From: Candidatus Tectimicrobiota bacterium
Lineage (GTDB): Bacteria > JACPUC01
Length of the DNA: 64,000 bases
Direction: 5' to 3'
NCBI GenBank assembly: GCA_016192455.1
Contig: JACPUC010000012.1
Location: 1-64,000, forward strand
Shown here piece after piece: positions 47,796-58,280 of the stretch (position 1 is its first letter; each line of letters begins with the position of its first letter). A program made the translations under genes and the position numbers. Below the pieces are notes generated by a model, which worked only from the letters and a program-made list of their open reading frames with translations, made no database searches and was not told the origin of the DNA.

Positions 47796-48386
47796 TCAGC
47801 CGCAGACGCTCAGGCTCCACGTCTGCTGCTCGCCCCGCTGCATGCGGTCAAGGAGCTGATACACCTCGTGCTCGGCCTGCGCCAGCACCTTGGCGAGCAG
47901 CTCGCGCTCCGCTGCGGTGAACGGCTGCAGGACATAGTCCACCGCCTCGAGGCCGGCGGGTGGCCGCCCAATTCCCAGCCGCAGCCGGTAGAAGCTGCCG
48001 CTCCCCAGGTGCTGGGTGATCGAGCGTACCCCGCGATGCCCCGCATCGCCGCCGCCCCAACGCGCCTGCAATCGTCCGAGGGCGAGATCGAGGTCGTCGT
48101 GCAGCACGAGGAGGCGTTCCGGCGCGAGCTTAAACCAGCGCGCCAGCCGCGCCACCTCCTCCCCGCAGACGTTCATGTACGCCCGCGGCGCATAGAGAAT
48201 CACTCCCAGCTCGGCGCAGCGCACAAGCTCGTACGCCCCCTGCCACCGCTCGAGCTCTCCTCGCTCGGCGGCGCCGTCGAGAAGACGCTCCAGCACCATG
48301 CGCCCGATGTTGTGCCGGGTGCGCTTGTAGCGGCGACTCGGATTTCCCAGCCCCACGACGATGGCGAGGGCTTGCTCTTGCAGCAC
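47796..48386 (-). CDS. pth: Peptidyl-tRNA hydrolase
   Basis: VGLGNP, TRHNIG, YMN, HDDLDL, RLRLGIGRP, YVL..F. Confidence 0.94.
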   Translation of the reverse strand: MLQEQALAIVVGLGNPSRRYKRTRHNIGRMVLERLLDGAAERGELERWQGAYELVRCAELGVILYAPRAYMNVCGEEVARLARWFKLAPERLLVLHDDLDLALGRLQARWGGGDAGHRGVRSITQHLGSGSFYRLRLGIGRPPAGLEAVDYVLQPFTAAERELLAKVLAQAEHEVYQLLDRMQRGEQQTWSLSVCG

Positions 48387-48590
48387 GACGCCCTCCTGCG
48401 CCGCGTCCAGGACCGAAGCCGCCTGGCGCTGCCCCACTGCGTGCCGCCGGCGCGTCCCCCCGGCGGCCCCGCCTTGCTCCCCCGGTCCTAGCGATGGGCG
48501 CCGCCTCTCTCCGCCTGGGGCGGCCCAGGCCCGCATGGCCGGCCGCTTCGCCGTGCACCGAGGCGCCGCCGGGCGGCCGGGCTGCTGCTT

Positions 48591-49250
48591 CTAGCCACGC
48601 CCCCCAGGCCGCGGCGCAGCCTCCTCCCCCGCGGCGGCGGCACCTTCCTCGGTGGGCGCCTCCGCTGCTGCCTCGGCGGCTTCCGGAGCCTTGACGAGTT
48701 CGGCCATCAGGCTGACCAGGGGCTCATCCTCGCCGGTGACGATGGCGATCCCCACAGGCGCGGGAAGATCGCGCACATGGAGAATCTGCCCGGTCTCCAG
48801 GGATGACACGTCGAGGTGCAGCGCCTCGGGGATGTTGCCAGGCAGGCAGCGGACCTCCACCTCCCGCAGGTGGTGGAGCAAGACGTTGCCGCGCGCCACC
48901 CCGGCGGGGGTGCCGTCCAGCACCACCGACACCATGACCTCGATCTCGCGCTGCAGGTCGATCTCCAGGAAGTCCACATGCAGGGGCGACCAGGTCAGCG
49001 GATCGAACTGCAAGGCCTTGATGAGGACCGTGCGCGCCGCCTGGGCATCTCCCTCGAACTTCAGCTCGAGGATGACATTCTCTCCCCCCTCGCGCCGCAG
49101 CCTCTGAAACTCCCGCGCCTCGACGCTGAGCGAGGTGGTCCCCTGCGCGCCGTAGCAAACGCCGGGCAGACGCCCGCTCTGGCGCAGCTTGCGGGCGACG
49201 CCCTTGCCGCTGCGCTCGCGGGCACGCGCCACTAACTCTCGCGTTTCCAT
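48591..49250 (-). CDS. rplY: 50S ribosomal protein L25/Ctc
   Basis: GKG.ARKLR..G.LP.V.YG, HVDF, long Ctc-type C-terminal domain. Confidence 0.95.
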   Translation of the reverse strand: METRELVARARERSGKGVARKLRQSGRLPGVCYGAQGTTSLSVEAREFQRLRREGGENVILELKFEGDAQAARTVLIKALQFDPLTWSPLHVDFLEIDLQREIEVMVSVVLDGTPAGVARGNVLLHHLREVEVRCLPGNIPEALHLDVSSLETGQILHVRDLPAPVGIAIVTGEDEPLVSLMAELVKAPEAAEAAAEAPTEEGAAAAGEEAAPRPGGRG

Positions 49251-49336
49251 CCTCACGTCCCTTCTGCCACAATCCTCCACCGCCGTTTTCTCGGCTGTCA
49301 TGGGGCAGCACGGTTCGGGAACCATGGCGGTGCGGA

Positions 49337-50278
49337 CTAGATAAACAGCGAGCTCACCGAGTCATCAGAATGAATCCGTTTCACGGCCTCGCCGAGGAGG
49401 TGGGCTACCGAAAGCACCGTGATCTTCTTCGGCTCCGATTCCTGGTTGGCGAGCAGCGGAATCGTGTTGGTCGTCACCAGCTCGCTCAGCGCCGACTCGT
49501 TGATGCGTCCGATGGCGGGGCCGGAGAGGACCGGGTGGGTGCAGCAGGCATAGACGCTGCGCGCCCCTTCGGCAAGGAGGGCGCTGGCCGTCTCCACCAA
49601 GGTGCCGGCCGTGTCCACGATGTCATCCACCACCAGGGTGTTGCGGTTTCGCACCTCGCCGATGATGCGCATGACCTTCGCGACGTTCTTCTCTTCCCGG
49701 CGCTTGTCCACGATGCCGAGCGAGCAGCCGAGCCGCTTGGCGAAGGCCCGGGCGCGCTCCACGCCGCCGGCATCGGGGGCGATCACCACGAGGTTGTCAA
49801 ACTTGTAACTCCGGATATGCTCGACCAGGACGGGTGAGGCAAAGAGGTGATCGACCGGGATATTGAAGAACCCCTGGATCTGGCCCGCATGCAGGTCCAT
49901 GGTCAGGATGCGTTGGGCGCCCGCCGTCGACAAGAGGTCCGCCACCAGCTTGCCGGTAATCGGCACGCGCGGCTGGGACTTGCGATCCTGCCGACCGTAG
50001 GCGAAGTACGGCAGCACCGCGGTGATGCGCTCCGCCGAGGCGCGCTTGCAGGCGTCGAGGATGATGAGCAGCTCCATGAGGTGCTCGTTCGGCGGGTAGC
50101 AGATGGACTGCACGAGGAAGACATCGCAGCCGCGGATGTTTTCCTGAATCTGGACGAAGACCTCGCCATCGCTGAAGTTCACGATCTCAAGCTGGCCGAG
50201 GGGAATGCCGAGGTAGCTGGCGATCTCGCTGGCGAGGACTCGACTGGCTCGCCCTGAGAAGACCTTCAACTGCTTCAT
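49337..50278 (-). CDS. prs: Ribose-phosphate pyrophosphokinase
   Basis: FSDGE, PYFAYGRQDRK, DLHAGQIQGFF, PDAGGVERAR, VDDIVDTAGT, SVSSLF. Confidence 0.98.
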   Translation of the reverse strand: MKQLKVFSGRASRVLASEIASYLGIPLGQLEIVNFSDGEVFVQIQENIRGCDVFLVQSICYPPNEHLMELLIILDACKRASAERITAVLPYFAYGRQDRKSQPRVPITGKLVADLLSTAGAQRILTMDLHAGQIQGFFNIPVDHLFASPVLVEHIRSYKFDNLVVIAPDAGGVERARAFAKRLGCSLGIVDKRREEKNVAKVMRIIGEVRNRNTLVVDDIVDTAGTLVETASALLAEGARSVYACCTHPVLSGPAIGRINESALSELVTTNTIPLLANQESEPKKITVLSVAHLLGEAVKRIHSDDSVSSLFI

Positions 50279-50609
50279 GCTCTTACCCCCAGCAGGAAAG
50301 GCCGCTTCGCGCTCTCGACCTCTCGTCCTCCCCACCCCGGCTTGCCCTCGCTCGTCCGCTGGAGCCGAGAGCCCGGGCGAAGCGCCACCCCGCCCCGCTC
50401 CCGCCTGCTGCCGGCCGCGCCCGCCGCTTTCCGGCCCGATCTCCACCCAGAAACGCCCGCCTCCCTCGTTCCACCGCGGACAGCGCGCCGCTTCTCCCGG
50501 CTGGTCTCCAGCTTCCCCGGAGGCCGAGAAAGGCTTGCTGCTCACACTCCAAGCGCTAGCTCCATGATGGCGGAAAAGGTCGCACGTAGGGGCTACGCAA
50601 GAGGGAAGG

Positions 50610-50684
50610 TGGCTGGGGCGGGAGGATTCGAACCTCCGAATGCAGGATCCAAAGTCCTGTGTCTTACCGCTTGACGACGCCCCA
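50610..50684 (-). tRNA. tRNA-Gln (anticodon TTG)
   Basis: Minus strand tggggcgtcgtcaagcggtaagacacaggactttggatcctgcattcggaggttcgaatcctcccgccccagcca: cloverleaf, TTG anticodon, GTTCGAATC, encoded CCA; canonical ispE-tRNA-Gln-prs position. Confidence 0.97.
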
Positions 50685-50720
50685 CCGGTATGGTCAACGA
50701 TGGGCTGTGGAACGCGGCGC

Positions 50721-51674
50721 TCAGGGCACGCCTTTCCTTGGCATCGTGGCAGGAAGAGAGGCCGAGCCGCCCTCGGCCGCAGCGTTCAGCACCACCTCGG
50801 GGTAAACCTCGGCAAGATCGACGAGGCTCCGCTGCAGGTGCACGGGCCACGAGCCCGCCAGCCGCCTTGCGGCGCGCTCCGCCGCCTGCGGCGTTGCAAA
50901 CCACGCCACCACCGTCGGGCCACTGCCGCTCATGAACGCCCATGGCGCGCCACACTGGTGGGCCGCTTCTAAAATCCTCCCAATCTCCGGGTAAGCTGCC
51001 GCGACAATCGGTTGTAAATCATTGCCCGCCGTTGCCCCAAGCTTCTCGACGGCGGCGCCAAGCAGATGCGAAGCAGTTAGTCTAACGGCGGCCGCACGGC
51101 TCGTCAAGGGCAATTTTACCTGGCCATAGGCCCACGTGGTGCTCACCTGGAAACCTGGGGTAATGAGGAGCAGGGGCCAGGTGCGCGCCAGACGGAGCGG
51201 CTCGAGGGTGGCGCCGGTTCCCGTGCCGATGGCGCAGGCGGCGCTGAGGAAGAACGGCACGTCGGCTCCCAAGCGGGCGGCCAGGTCGAGCAGGCGCCGC
51301 CGCGGCCAGCCGAGGCGCCAGAGGTAGTTGAGGCCCAAGAGCGTCGCCGCCGCATCGCTGCTGCCGCCGCCAAGGCCCGCCGCAACCGGCACCTGCTTGC
51401 GCAGGGTGAGCCGTGCTCCGCCGCGCACCCCTGCCTCGGCGGCAAGGAGCCGCGCGGCGCGACTGACCAGGTTGCGCTCGTCGGTCGGCAGGAGCGGATC
51501 GCTGCAGCTCAAGTGCAGGCCGCCGGCGGTGCGCTCCATCTCCAGCTCGTCGCAGAGGTCCACCATGAGGAAGATGGTCTCGATTTCGTGGTACCCGTCC
51601 GGCCGCTTCCCGAGGATGCGCAGGGAGACGTTGATCTTGGCTGGCGCCCGCAGGCGGAGGCGGTCCGACTCCAC
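50721..51674 (-). CDS. ispE: 4-diphosphocytidyl-2-C-methyl-D-erythritol kinase
   Basis: APAKIN, KRPDGYHE, AAGLGGGSSDAA, LGADVPFF, MSGSGPTV. Confidence 0.95.
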   Translation of the reverse strand: MESDRLRLRAPAKINVSLRILGKRPDGYHEIETIFLMVDLCDELEMERTAGGLHLSCSDPLLPTDERNLVSRAARLLAAEAGVRGGARLTLRKQVPVAAGLGGGSSDAAATLLGLNYLWRLGWPRRRLLDLAARLGADVPFFLSAACAIGTGTGATLEPLRLARTWPLLLITPGFQVSTTWAYGQVKLPLTSRAAAVRLTASHLLGAAVEKLGATAGNDLQPIVAAAYPEIGRILEAAHQCGAPWAFMSGSGPTVVAWFATPQAAERAARRLAGSWPVHLQRSLVDLAEVYPEVVLNAAAEGGSASLPATMPRKGVP

Positions 51675-51703
51675 GCGCACCCTCCGCGCCGGGCCGGCGG
51701 GGC

Positions 51704-52855
51704 TCACGACGCCTCATCGAGGCGGATGACCTCTGCGCCGGGCGGCGGCGGGAACGCAAAGGCGGCCTGGTCCAGGCCCACGTTGAACTCCGGCTCTTCA
51801 TAGCGGAGACGCAGGAAGGCGCCATCCTGCGGCATGACAATCTCGATCTCGTGCGGGAAGCGCAGGGTCGTCGCCGCGCCGGCGGCGCCGGCGGAGGGCG
51901 TGTCGCGGGGCGCTCCAGGCGCCGCCGTCGCCGCGCCGGTTTCGCCACGCTCCCCGCCCAACGCCGTGGCGGAGCTTGAGGCGGACGCCCCCCCGCTCGA
52001 GCTCGGCTGGGGGCCCAGCGTCACCTCGCGAAAATCCGCGAAGGCGGCCAGGAGGATGAGGCGACCGGCTGCATCGTAGCGCAGCACCCGCGTCGGCGTC
52101 GCCGAGGTATCGAACCAGACCTCCTGCCGGCCCGCGGCGGGCGTCGGGAAACTGAGCACCTGGAGCCGCAGGGACGGCACCGCCTGGACGCCGGCGCCGC
52201 TCACCAGGCGCGGCAGCGGCACGCCGCCGCTGCTCAGCGTTGCGAGGGAGGTGATGGAGAGCGACAGACCAAGCAGGCGGGAGAGGTTCTTCCTCGTCGC
52301 CTGCGCGAGGTAGTACTTGCGCTCCCGCGGGTAGAAGATGCGCAGCTCGCGGCTGTCGCTCGTGAAGAGGAACATCGATTGGCCGAAGAGGCCCAGGGTT
52401 TCGATGCGCAGCATGGCGGGAAGCCTGATGAGCACCGCCTGCTTGGCCTGGAAGCGCTGCGTTCCGAGCTCGAGGGTGAGGTGGGCCACGCCGCGCAGGT
52501 CGCGCACCAGGCGCGCCCGCCGCTCCAAGATGGCCACCAGCTCGTCTGCGCCGTAGAGCGCCAGGGGCGGGGCGGGGCGGGGCGCCTCGGGCGGGAGCAG
52601 CGCGCAGCCGCCCAGGGCGCTCAGCAGACTCGCCGCAAGAAGGGTGCGGGCGAGGACCTTGGCTCGCCCCCCGCCGCAGGCGCGCAGGAGACGGGAGAGG
52701 CGGCCGGCGGCGGAGTTGGCGCCAGGGACGGGCGTCGCCTGGCTCCGCACCTCAGGGGACGAGGCGTCCTGGGACCATGACCTGTGCCGCGGTTCAATGT
52801 CCACGATGCGCTCGGATCGGCAACGCAGCAGAACCTGCGGATCAGGGGGTGGCAA
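51704..52855 (-). CDS. LolA/LolB-fold outer-membrane lipoprotein (DUF4292-like)
   Basis: Lipobox LGGC, LRIETLGLFG, C-terminal F.F.PP.GAEVI; occupies the lolB position before ispE; start uncertain. Confidence 0.7.
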   Translation of the reverse strand: MPPPDPQVLLRCRSERIVDIEPRHRSWSQDASSPEVRSQATPVPGANSAAGRLSRLLRACGGGRAKVLARTLLAASLLSALGGCALLPPEAPRPAPPLALYGADELVAILERRARLVRDLRGVAHLTLELGTQRFQAKQAVLIRLPAMLRIETLGLFGQSMFLFTSDSRELRIFYPRERKYYLAQATRKNLSRLLGLSLSITSLATLSSGGVPLPRLVSGAGVQAVPSLRLQVLSFPTPAAGRQEVWFDTSATPTRVLRYDAAGRLILLAAFADFREVTLGPQPSSSGGASASSSATALGGERGETGAATAAPGAPRDTPSAGAAGAATTLRFPHEIEIVMPQDGAFLRLRYEEPEFNVGLDQAAFAFPPPPGAEVIRLDEAS

Positions 52856-54815
52856 CCGTGGGACGCTCCGGCATGTTCGGCGTCTCGGTCACGACGCCGC
52901 TTTGGGCGGCCTTCTTGGCCGGTGCGCGTCGTCTCCCCAGGCGCCTCAGGTCTTCCCGAAGCTGGTCGAGCTTGCGCTGCACCGCCGCGTCGAGTTTGAT
53001 CTGGATCGATTGGCTCCACGCCTGCACCGCGGCGTCGCGCCGCTGCAGGCGCAGGTAGACATCCCCCAGGTGGTCGTGCACGACGGGGTCGTCGGACACC
53101 AGACGCACCGCCTTTTCCAGGAGCTTCCGCGCCTCCTGGACGCGACCGAGCTTGAAGTACGCCCAGCCAAGGCTGTCGAGGAAGGCGCCGTTCTCCGGCT
53201 CGAGGCGCAGCGCTTCCTTGATCGCAGCCACGGCGATCTCCAGATGCATCCCTTTCTCGGCGTAGGCGTAGCCGAGGAGGTTCAAAGCATTGGCGTGGCG
53301 CGGGTTGAGCGCCAGGGTGGCGCGCATGAGAGAGAACGTTTTCGGGTAGTTGCCGAGCTCGTACATCGTCGCCCCCAGACCGAAGAGGTAGCGTTCGTTG
53401 CGCGGCTCGAGGCGGGCGGCCGAGAGGTAGGCGAGCAGGGCGCGGTAGTGGCGCTTCAGGCGCGAGGCCGTCAGCCCGAGGTAGTGGGCGATGGCGGCGT
53501 TCTTCGGGTTCGAGGCGCTCCCCCGGACCAGCAGCGCATGGGCCTGCGGCAGGCGCTTCAGGCGGTCGTAGAGCTGCGCCAGGCTGAGGAGGAGCTCATC
53601 GGCCGTCGGTTCCACGAGGAGCGCTTCCTTCAGCTCCGCCATGGACCGGCCGTAGGCTTGCCGTTCCTCGTAGGCCGCCGCCAAGTAGTAGTGCACGCGC
53701 GTCAGCTTGGGGTTCAGGCGCAGCGCTTCCCGGAACCGCTTCTCGGCTTCCGGGAACTCGCGCTGCTCGAGGTACATCAGGCCGAGCTGGATTTTCACCC
53801 GCGGGTTCTTCGGCTCCAGCTTGGCGAGGGTCTCGTACTCCCGCAGCGCGTGCGGCAGTTCCTTCAGGTTCCAGAGCGCCTGGGCGAGCGAACGGTGCAC
53901 CTCCACCTGGTACGGCGACTCGAAGAGGAGCTGCTTGTAAAGGGCGATCGTCTTCGACCAGCGTCGGGTGAGCTCGTAGATGCTGGCAAGCCGCAGGTAG
54001 GCGCGCAGGAATTCCGGATCGAGGAGGATGGCCCGGCGCACGACGGCGATCGCGGCGTCGTAGCGCTTCAAATTCACGTAGACATCGCTGCTGGCGAAGA
54101 AGGCGAAGGCGTTGGCCGGCTGCCGCTCGATGGTCTCCAGGTAGGCGAGGAGGCCGTGGTCGATCTGCCGCTCGTTGACGAAGAGCTGGGCCAGGTAGAG
54201 GCCCGCCTGCTCATGCGCCGGCTCCAGCTCGAGGGCGCGGCGAAATTGCCCCCGCGCCTCCCGCCCGCGCCGGAGCTCGGCGTAGGTGCGCCCCAAGAGC
54301 AGGCGCGCCGGCACGAACGCGGCGTCGCGCCGGATTGCCTCCTCGAGGAGGCGCACCGCGTCGAGACTGTTTTTCTGCTGCAGGTGGAGCTCCGCCAGCT
54401 CGTAGCGCAGGTAGGCGGAGTTCTCATCGTAGGAGATGGCCTGCTGATACTCCTGGATCGCCGCCTCGAATTGGTGCTGCTGCACGTAGAGGCGGGCGAA
54501 GAGGTAGTGCTGGTAGGCGCGCCAGTCGGGCTGCTCGGCGAGCGAACTCCGCCCCCGCGCCCCCAGCGCCTGGCGCGCCATCTGATTGCGCTCTTCAATG
54601 GTGGCGACGTTGACGCGGCCGGCGGCTGGCGGCGCAGCCGCACCCTCCTCCGCGGCGGAGAGCTGGGAGCGGCGCGGGGCGCCTGCCTGACATCCCCCCG
54701 CCAGGAGGACGAGCGCCGACAGGAGGAGGCACCAGACCGCTGCGCCGCGGCACGGCCTCAACCTGCCGGCCGCCTGCAACCTGGAAGCGCTTTGCAGCAC
54801 AGGGGAACCCTGCAT
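52842..54815 (-). CDS. Tetratricopeptide-repeat lipoprotein
   Basis: Lipobox-like LAGGC, many TPR units, ALN.LGY.YA, DSLGWAYFK, DHLGDVY. Confidence 0.9.
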   Translation of the reverse strand: MQGSPVLQSASRLQAAGRLRPCRGAAVWCLLLSALVLLAGGCQAGAPRRSQLSAAEEGAAAPPAAGRVNVATIEERNQMARQALGARGRSSLAEQPDWRAYQHYLFARLYVQQHQFEAAIQEYQQAISYDENSAYLRYELAELHLQQKNSLDAVRLLEEAIRRDAAFVPARLLLGRTYAELRRGREARGQFRRALELEPAHEQAGLYLAQLFVNERQIDHGLLAYLETIERQPANAFAFFASSDVYVNLKRYDAAIAVVRRAILLDPEFLRAYLRLASIYELTRRWSKTIALYKQLLFESPYQVEVHRSLAQALWNLKELPHALREYETLAKLEPKNPRVKIQLGLMYLEQREFPEAEKRFREALRLNPKLTRVHYYLAAAYEERQAYGRSMAELKEALLVEPTADELLLSLAQLYDRLKRLPQAHALLVRGSASNPKNAAIAHYLGLTASRLKRHYRALLAYLSAARLEPRNERYLFGLGATMYELGNYPKTFSLMRATLALNPRHANALNLLGYAYAEKGMHLEIAVAAIKEALRLEPENGAFLDSLGWAYFKLGRVQEARKLLEKAVRLVSDDPVVHDHLGDVYLRLQRRDAAVQAWSQSIQIKLDAAVQRKLDQLREDLRRLGRRRAPAKKAAQSGVVTETPNMPERPTVATP

Positions 54816-54829
54816 TACCAGCTCCTCGC

Positions 54830-55399
54830 CTAAGGGGTTTCCCCGCGTGCAACACTGCTGAGGAACAGGCGGCGCAACGCCTCGCGCAATGCCGCCTGGG
54901 GGACCGTGCGAACAAGGTGCTCAATTTCGTCTCGCCCCGCCTGGCTGACGGGGGGCCTGGCCCGGGGCTGGCCGCCGGCCGGCGCGGGCCGGCGCGCTGT
55001 CGGTCTGCGGCCTGCCGACGGGGAACGTCCCGCGCCCTCATCTCGCCCCTGTCCGGCGCCGCCGCGCGGGGGCGCGCCCCCGGGAGCATCCCCTGATCCC
55101 AAGGCAGCCTCCCCGTCTGCGACCAGGCCGAAGAAGAGGCGCTCGACGATCCCAGGCCCGACGAGGGCGCGGATGCGTTCCAGCATGAGGGGCTGCATGT
55201 AGCTGAGCTGCTGGAGCCACATCGAGTCGCGCACATCGACGTAGAGCGTCGTGCGGCGCCGCCTGCGCGGCTGGGTCATGGCCGCCACCTGCGCGCCGAC
55301 GATCTCGTCCCAGCGCGTCCAGATGCTCGCCTCCCGGAGCAGCGCCTCAAGGTTCAGAGACGGCGCCACCCCGTGCAGGAACTCACCCAGGCGGATCAT
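54830..55399 (-). CDS. dciA: DciA (DUF721) helicase loader family protein
   Basis: W.EIVG..VA..T.P....LYV.V.DS.W.QQL KH-like core plus disordered and helical C-terminus. Confidence 0.78.
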   Translation of the reverse strand: MIRLGEFLHGVAPSLNLEALLREASIWTRWDEIVGAQVAAMTQPRRRRRTTLYVDVRDSMWLQQLSYMQPLMLERIRALVGPGIVERLFFGLVADGEAALGSGDAPGGAPPRGGAGQGRDEGAGRSPSAGRRPTARRPAPAGGQPRARPPVSQAGRDEIEHLVRTVPQAALREALRRLFLSSVARGETP

Positions 55400-55533
55400 G
55401 GTGCGTGCCGTTCCTCTTCAGGCGCGCCGACCACCCTGCCGCGGCCACGGGCCGGCGGAGCAGCCTCCCGCGCGCGTTCCGCGCCGTGCGGCGCCCGCCG
55501 CCGCGGGGTGCCGGGAAGATCGCGCGCGCCGCG

Positions 55534-56432
55534 TCACGAGCCGGAACCGGCGTGGTGGTAGCGCAGCCTGCCGTCGTCGGTCGGTCCGGCCGCGAGCGCC
55601 TCTCCCTGCGCCGCCCGCGCCCCGCCTGCCGCCGCCTGGGTGCTCTGAACTCCCTGGGGCGCCTGGCCGGGCCGGGCCTGCGGGGCCGCCTGGGCCGCCC
55701 GGCTGCCCCGGTGAGCTTCGGGAGGAGCTTCGAGGAGCCGCCGGATGCCCTCCATGAGCCGATCGGTGACGTACTGCGCCGCCTCCTTGCGCGACAAATG
55801 CGCCGGCGGCTCCCAAGCGAGCGGCGCGCCGAAGCGCACCTGCAGCCGCTGAAAGAGCCGCGGCAGCTTCATGCGCGGGCTGAGCACACGCTCGGTGCCG
55901 AGAATCGCGGCGGGGATGACGATCGGCTTCGCCTCCAGGACAACCCGGCCGACCGCGCGCACCCCAACCTCGAGGGAGCCGCTGAGGCTGCGACCACCTT
56001 CGGGGTAAAGCAGCATCTTCTGGCGCCGCAGCACCTGGGTCATGCGCCGCAGCACGCGCAGGTCCCGCCCCGTGCGCTGCACCGGGAACGCCCCCAGAGA
56101 GGTGAGCAGGCGGTCGAAGCCTGCCAGGGAGAAGAGCTCGGCCTTGGCGGGAGCGCGGACAATCTCGTCGGGATAGCGGTCGATGAGCACGCTTATGATG
56201 AACGGCGGATCGAGGTAGGAGACGTGGTTGCTGACCACCAGCACCCCGCCGCCCTCCGGGACGTGCTCAATACCGCGAATCGTGGTGCGATTCAGGCAGC
56301 GAAAAAAAAACTGCACACCCGCACGGCGAACTGAATCCAGAGCCGCTGTCCGAAGGAGGTCTTCGCCGCCAGTGACTCATTGGCGCTGCCCCTCGTCACC
56401 AGTCGCTGGATGCGCCGCTGGCCCCGTGTCAT
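55534..56432 (-). CDS. plsC: Lysophospholipid acyltransferase (PlsC family), apparently frameshifted at a T9 tract (56302-56310)
   Basis: SNHVSYLD (HX4D), AKAELF, FPVQR, YPEGGRS, P..I.G; the natural-looking N-terminus (MTRG...QRLWIQFAVRVCSFFF) is in a different frame upstream of the T9 run; the main-frame ORF alone is 55534-56316. Confidence 0.8.
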
Positions 56433-56657
56433 CGTTCGCCATCCCCCTGCCAGGATGCTGCCGAGCGCCTGCCCTCGCCCCCCCTGGGGAACGCCGGTTC
56501 CCCCTCTCCTGTCCCTATGCTAGCACGCCGCCCGGGGGAGAACAAGGACCATGGCGGCGGCGGGGTGAGCCGCGAGCCACCCTGGTCACCTCACCCGGGC
56601 CCGGGCCGTTCGGCCTCGCGGCGGTCGCTCCGCCACTCCGCTTGCCACGACGCTGCA

Positions 56658-58142
56658 CTAGACGTCGATCTGCGCCCGCTGCAGCTTGCCGCTGTAATCG
56701 ATGTAGAGCGTGCGCCACTCGCTGAAGGTGTCGAGGGCGGCGCGGCCCGCTTCCCGATGCCCGTTGCCGGTTGCTTTCGCGCCGCCGAAGGGGAGGTGGA
56801 CCTCGGCCCCGATGGTGGAGGCGTTCACGTAGACGATGCCGGTGGTGATCTCCTCCATCGCCTGGAAGGCGGCGTTCACGTCGGCGGTGTAGATGGCGGC
56901 GGAGAGGCCGTAGTCGGTGTCATTCACCACGGCGATCGCCTCCTCGAGGTCGTGCACGGCGATGATGGCGACCGTGGGTCCGAAGATTTCCTCCCGGGCG
57001 ATGCGCATGCTCGGCTTCACCTCCGTGAACACCGTCGGTTGGTAGAAGCTCCCCAGGGCGCAGGCGCCCTGCGTGGCGCGCTCGCCGCCGGTCAGCAGCC
57101 GCGCCCCTTCTTCCAGGCCGATCTCGGTGTAGCGGTGGATGTTCTCGAGCTGGCTGTCGTTGATGACCGGCCCCATATCGGTGTCGGCGCGCAGCGGGTC
57201 GCCGAGGCGCAGGGCATTCGCCCGCGCCACGAAGCGCTCCTGCAGCTCGCCGAGCACGGCGCGATGCACCACCAGGCGGCTGGCGGCGGTGCAGCGCTGA
57301 CCGCTGGTGCCGAAACCGCCCCAAACGGCGCCATCGACGGCGAGGTCGAGGTTGGCGTCGTCCATGACGATGATGGCGTTCTTGCCCCCCATCTCCAGAG
57401 CGTACGGCTTCATCTGCCGGGCGCAGCCAAGGGCGATCTCCTGCCCGCTGGCGGTCGAGCCGGTGAAGGAGATGAGGCGCACCCCGGGATGGGCCACGAG
57501 GGGCTGGCCCACCTCGGCGCCGCCGCCGGTGACGAGGTTGAGGACCCCCGGCGGCAAACCTGCTTCGCTGATGAGCTCGACCAGCCGCACGGCGCTGAGC
57601 GGCGTATCCGTGGCCGGTTTGAAGACGATGGTGTTGCCGCAGATGAGGGCGGGCATGATCTTCCAGGCGGGGATGGCCATGGGGAAGTTCCACGGCGTGA
57701 TGAGGCCGACCACCCCCACCGGCATGCGCACCGTCAGGCAGAACTTGCGCCGCAGCTCGGATGGCGTGGTGTCGCCGAAGAGGCGACGCCCCTCGCCCGC
57801 CATGAGGAGGGTCATGTCAATCGCCTCTTGCACGTCGCCCCGCGCTTCGGCGAGCACCTTGCCCATCTCGCGCGTCATGTCGCGCGCCAGTTCCTCCTTG
57901 CGCTCGATGAGGAGGTGGCCGAGCCGATAGAGGACCTCGGCGCGCTTCGGAGCCGGCGTGTGGCGCCAGGCATCGAAGGCCCGGCGCGCCGCCTGCACGG
58001 CGCGCCCCACATCCTCGTGGTCCGATCGTTGGAAGAGGCCGATCACCTCGTCGCGGCGGGCCGGGTTGCGGTTCTCAAAGGTGCGCCCGCGCTGCGCCGC
58101 AACCCATTCGCCGCCGATGTAGTTCAAATAGGTCTGGGCCAT
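56658..58142 (-). CDS. NAD(P)-dependent aldehyde dehydrogenase
   Basis: ITPWNFP, KPA, FTGS, LEMGGKN, GQRCT, EEIFGP, PFGG.K.TG.G.RE; RBS AAGGAG. Confidence 0.95.
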   Translation of the reverse strand: MAQTYLNYIGGEWVAAQRGRTFENRNPARRDEVIGLFQRSDHEDVGRAVQAARRAFDAWRHTPAPKRAEVLYRLGHLLIERKEELARDMTREMGKVLAEARGDVQEAIDMTLLMAGEGRRLFGDTTPSELRRKFCLTVRMPVGVVGLITPWNFPMAIPAWKIMPALICGNTIVFKPATDTPLSAVRLVELISEAGLPPGVLNLVTGGGAEVGQPLVAHPGVRLISFTGSTASGQEIALGCARQMKPYALEMGGKNAIIVMDDANLDLAVDGAVWGGFGTSGQRCTAASRLVVHRAVLGELQERFVARANALRLGDPLRADTDMGPVINDSQLENIHRYTEIGLEEGARLLTGGERATQGACALGSFYQPTVFTEVKPSMRIAREEIFGPTVAIIAVHDLEEAIAVVNDTDYGLSAAIYTADVNAAFQAMEEITTGIVYVNASTIGAEVHLPFGGAKATGNGHREAGRAALDTFSEWRTLYIDYSGKLQRAQIDV

Positions 58143-58280
58143 GGTGATCTCCTTGCGGCAATCGCGCGGCGGAGCCATGGAGCGCCGTCATGGGGGATCG
58201 CCTGCTCCTCCACCGACTCTCACCCCGGCGCCGCCGCTTGCCGGGCACGGCATGCTTCTGGCCGGTTCCGGGCCGTGCCG

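Noticed and set aside
48025..48050. Pth motif GHRG instead of GHNG suggesting inactivation
   Set aside because: All other motifs and the genomic context are intact; a single substitution is insufficient evidence
50585..50684. tRNA-Gln as an integration site
   Set aside because: No duplicated tRNA 3' end or integrase nearby; flanks are the standard ispE and prs
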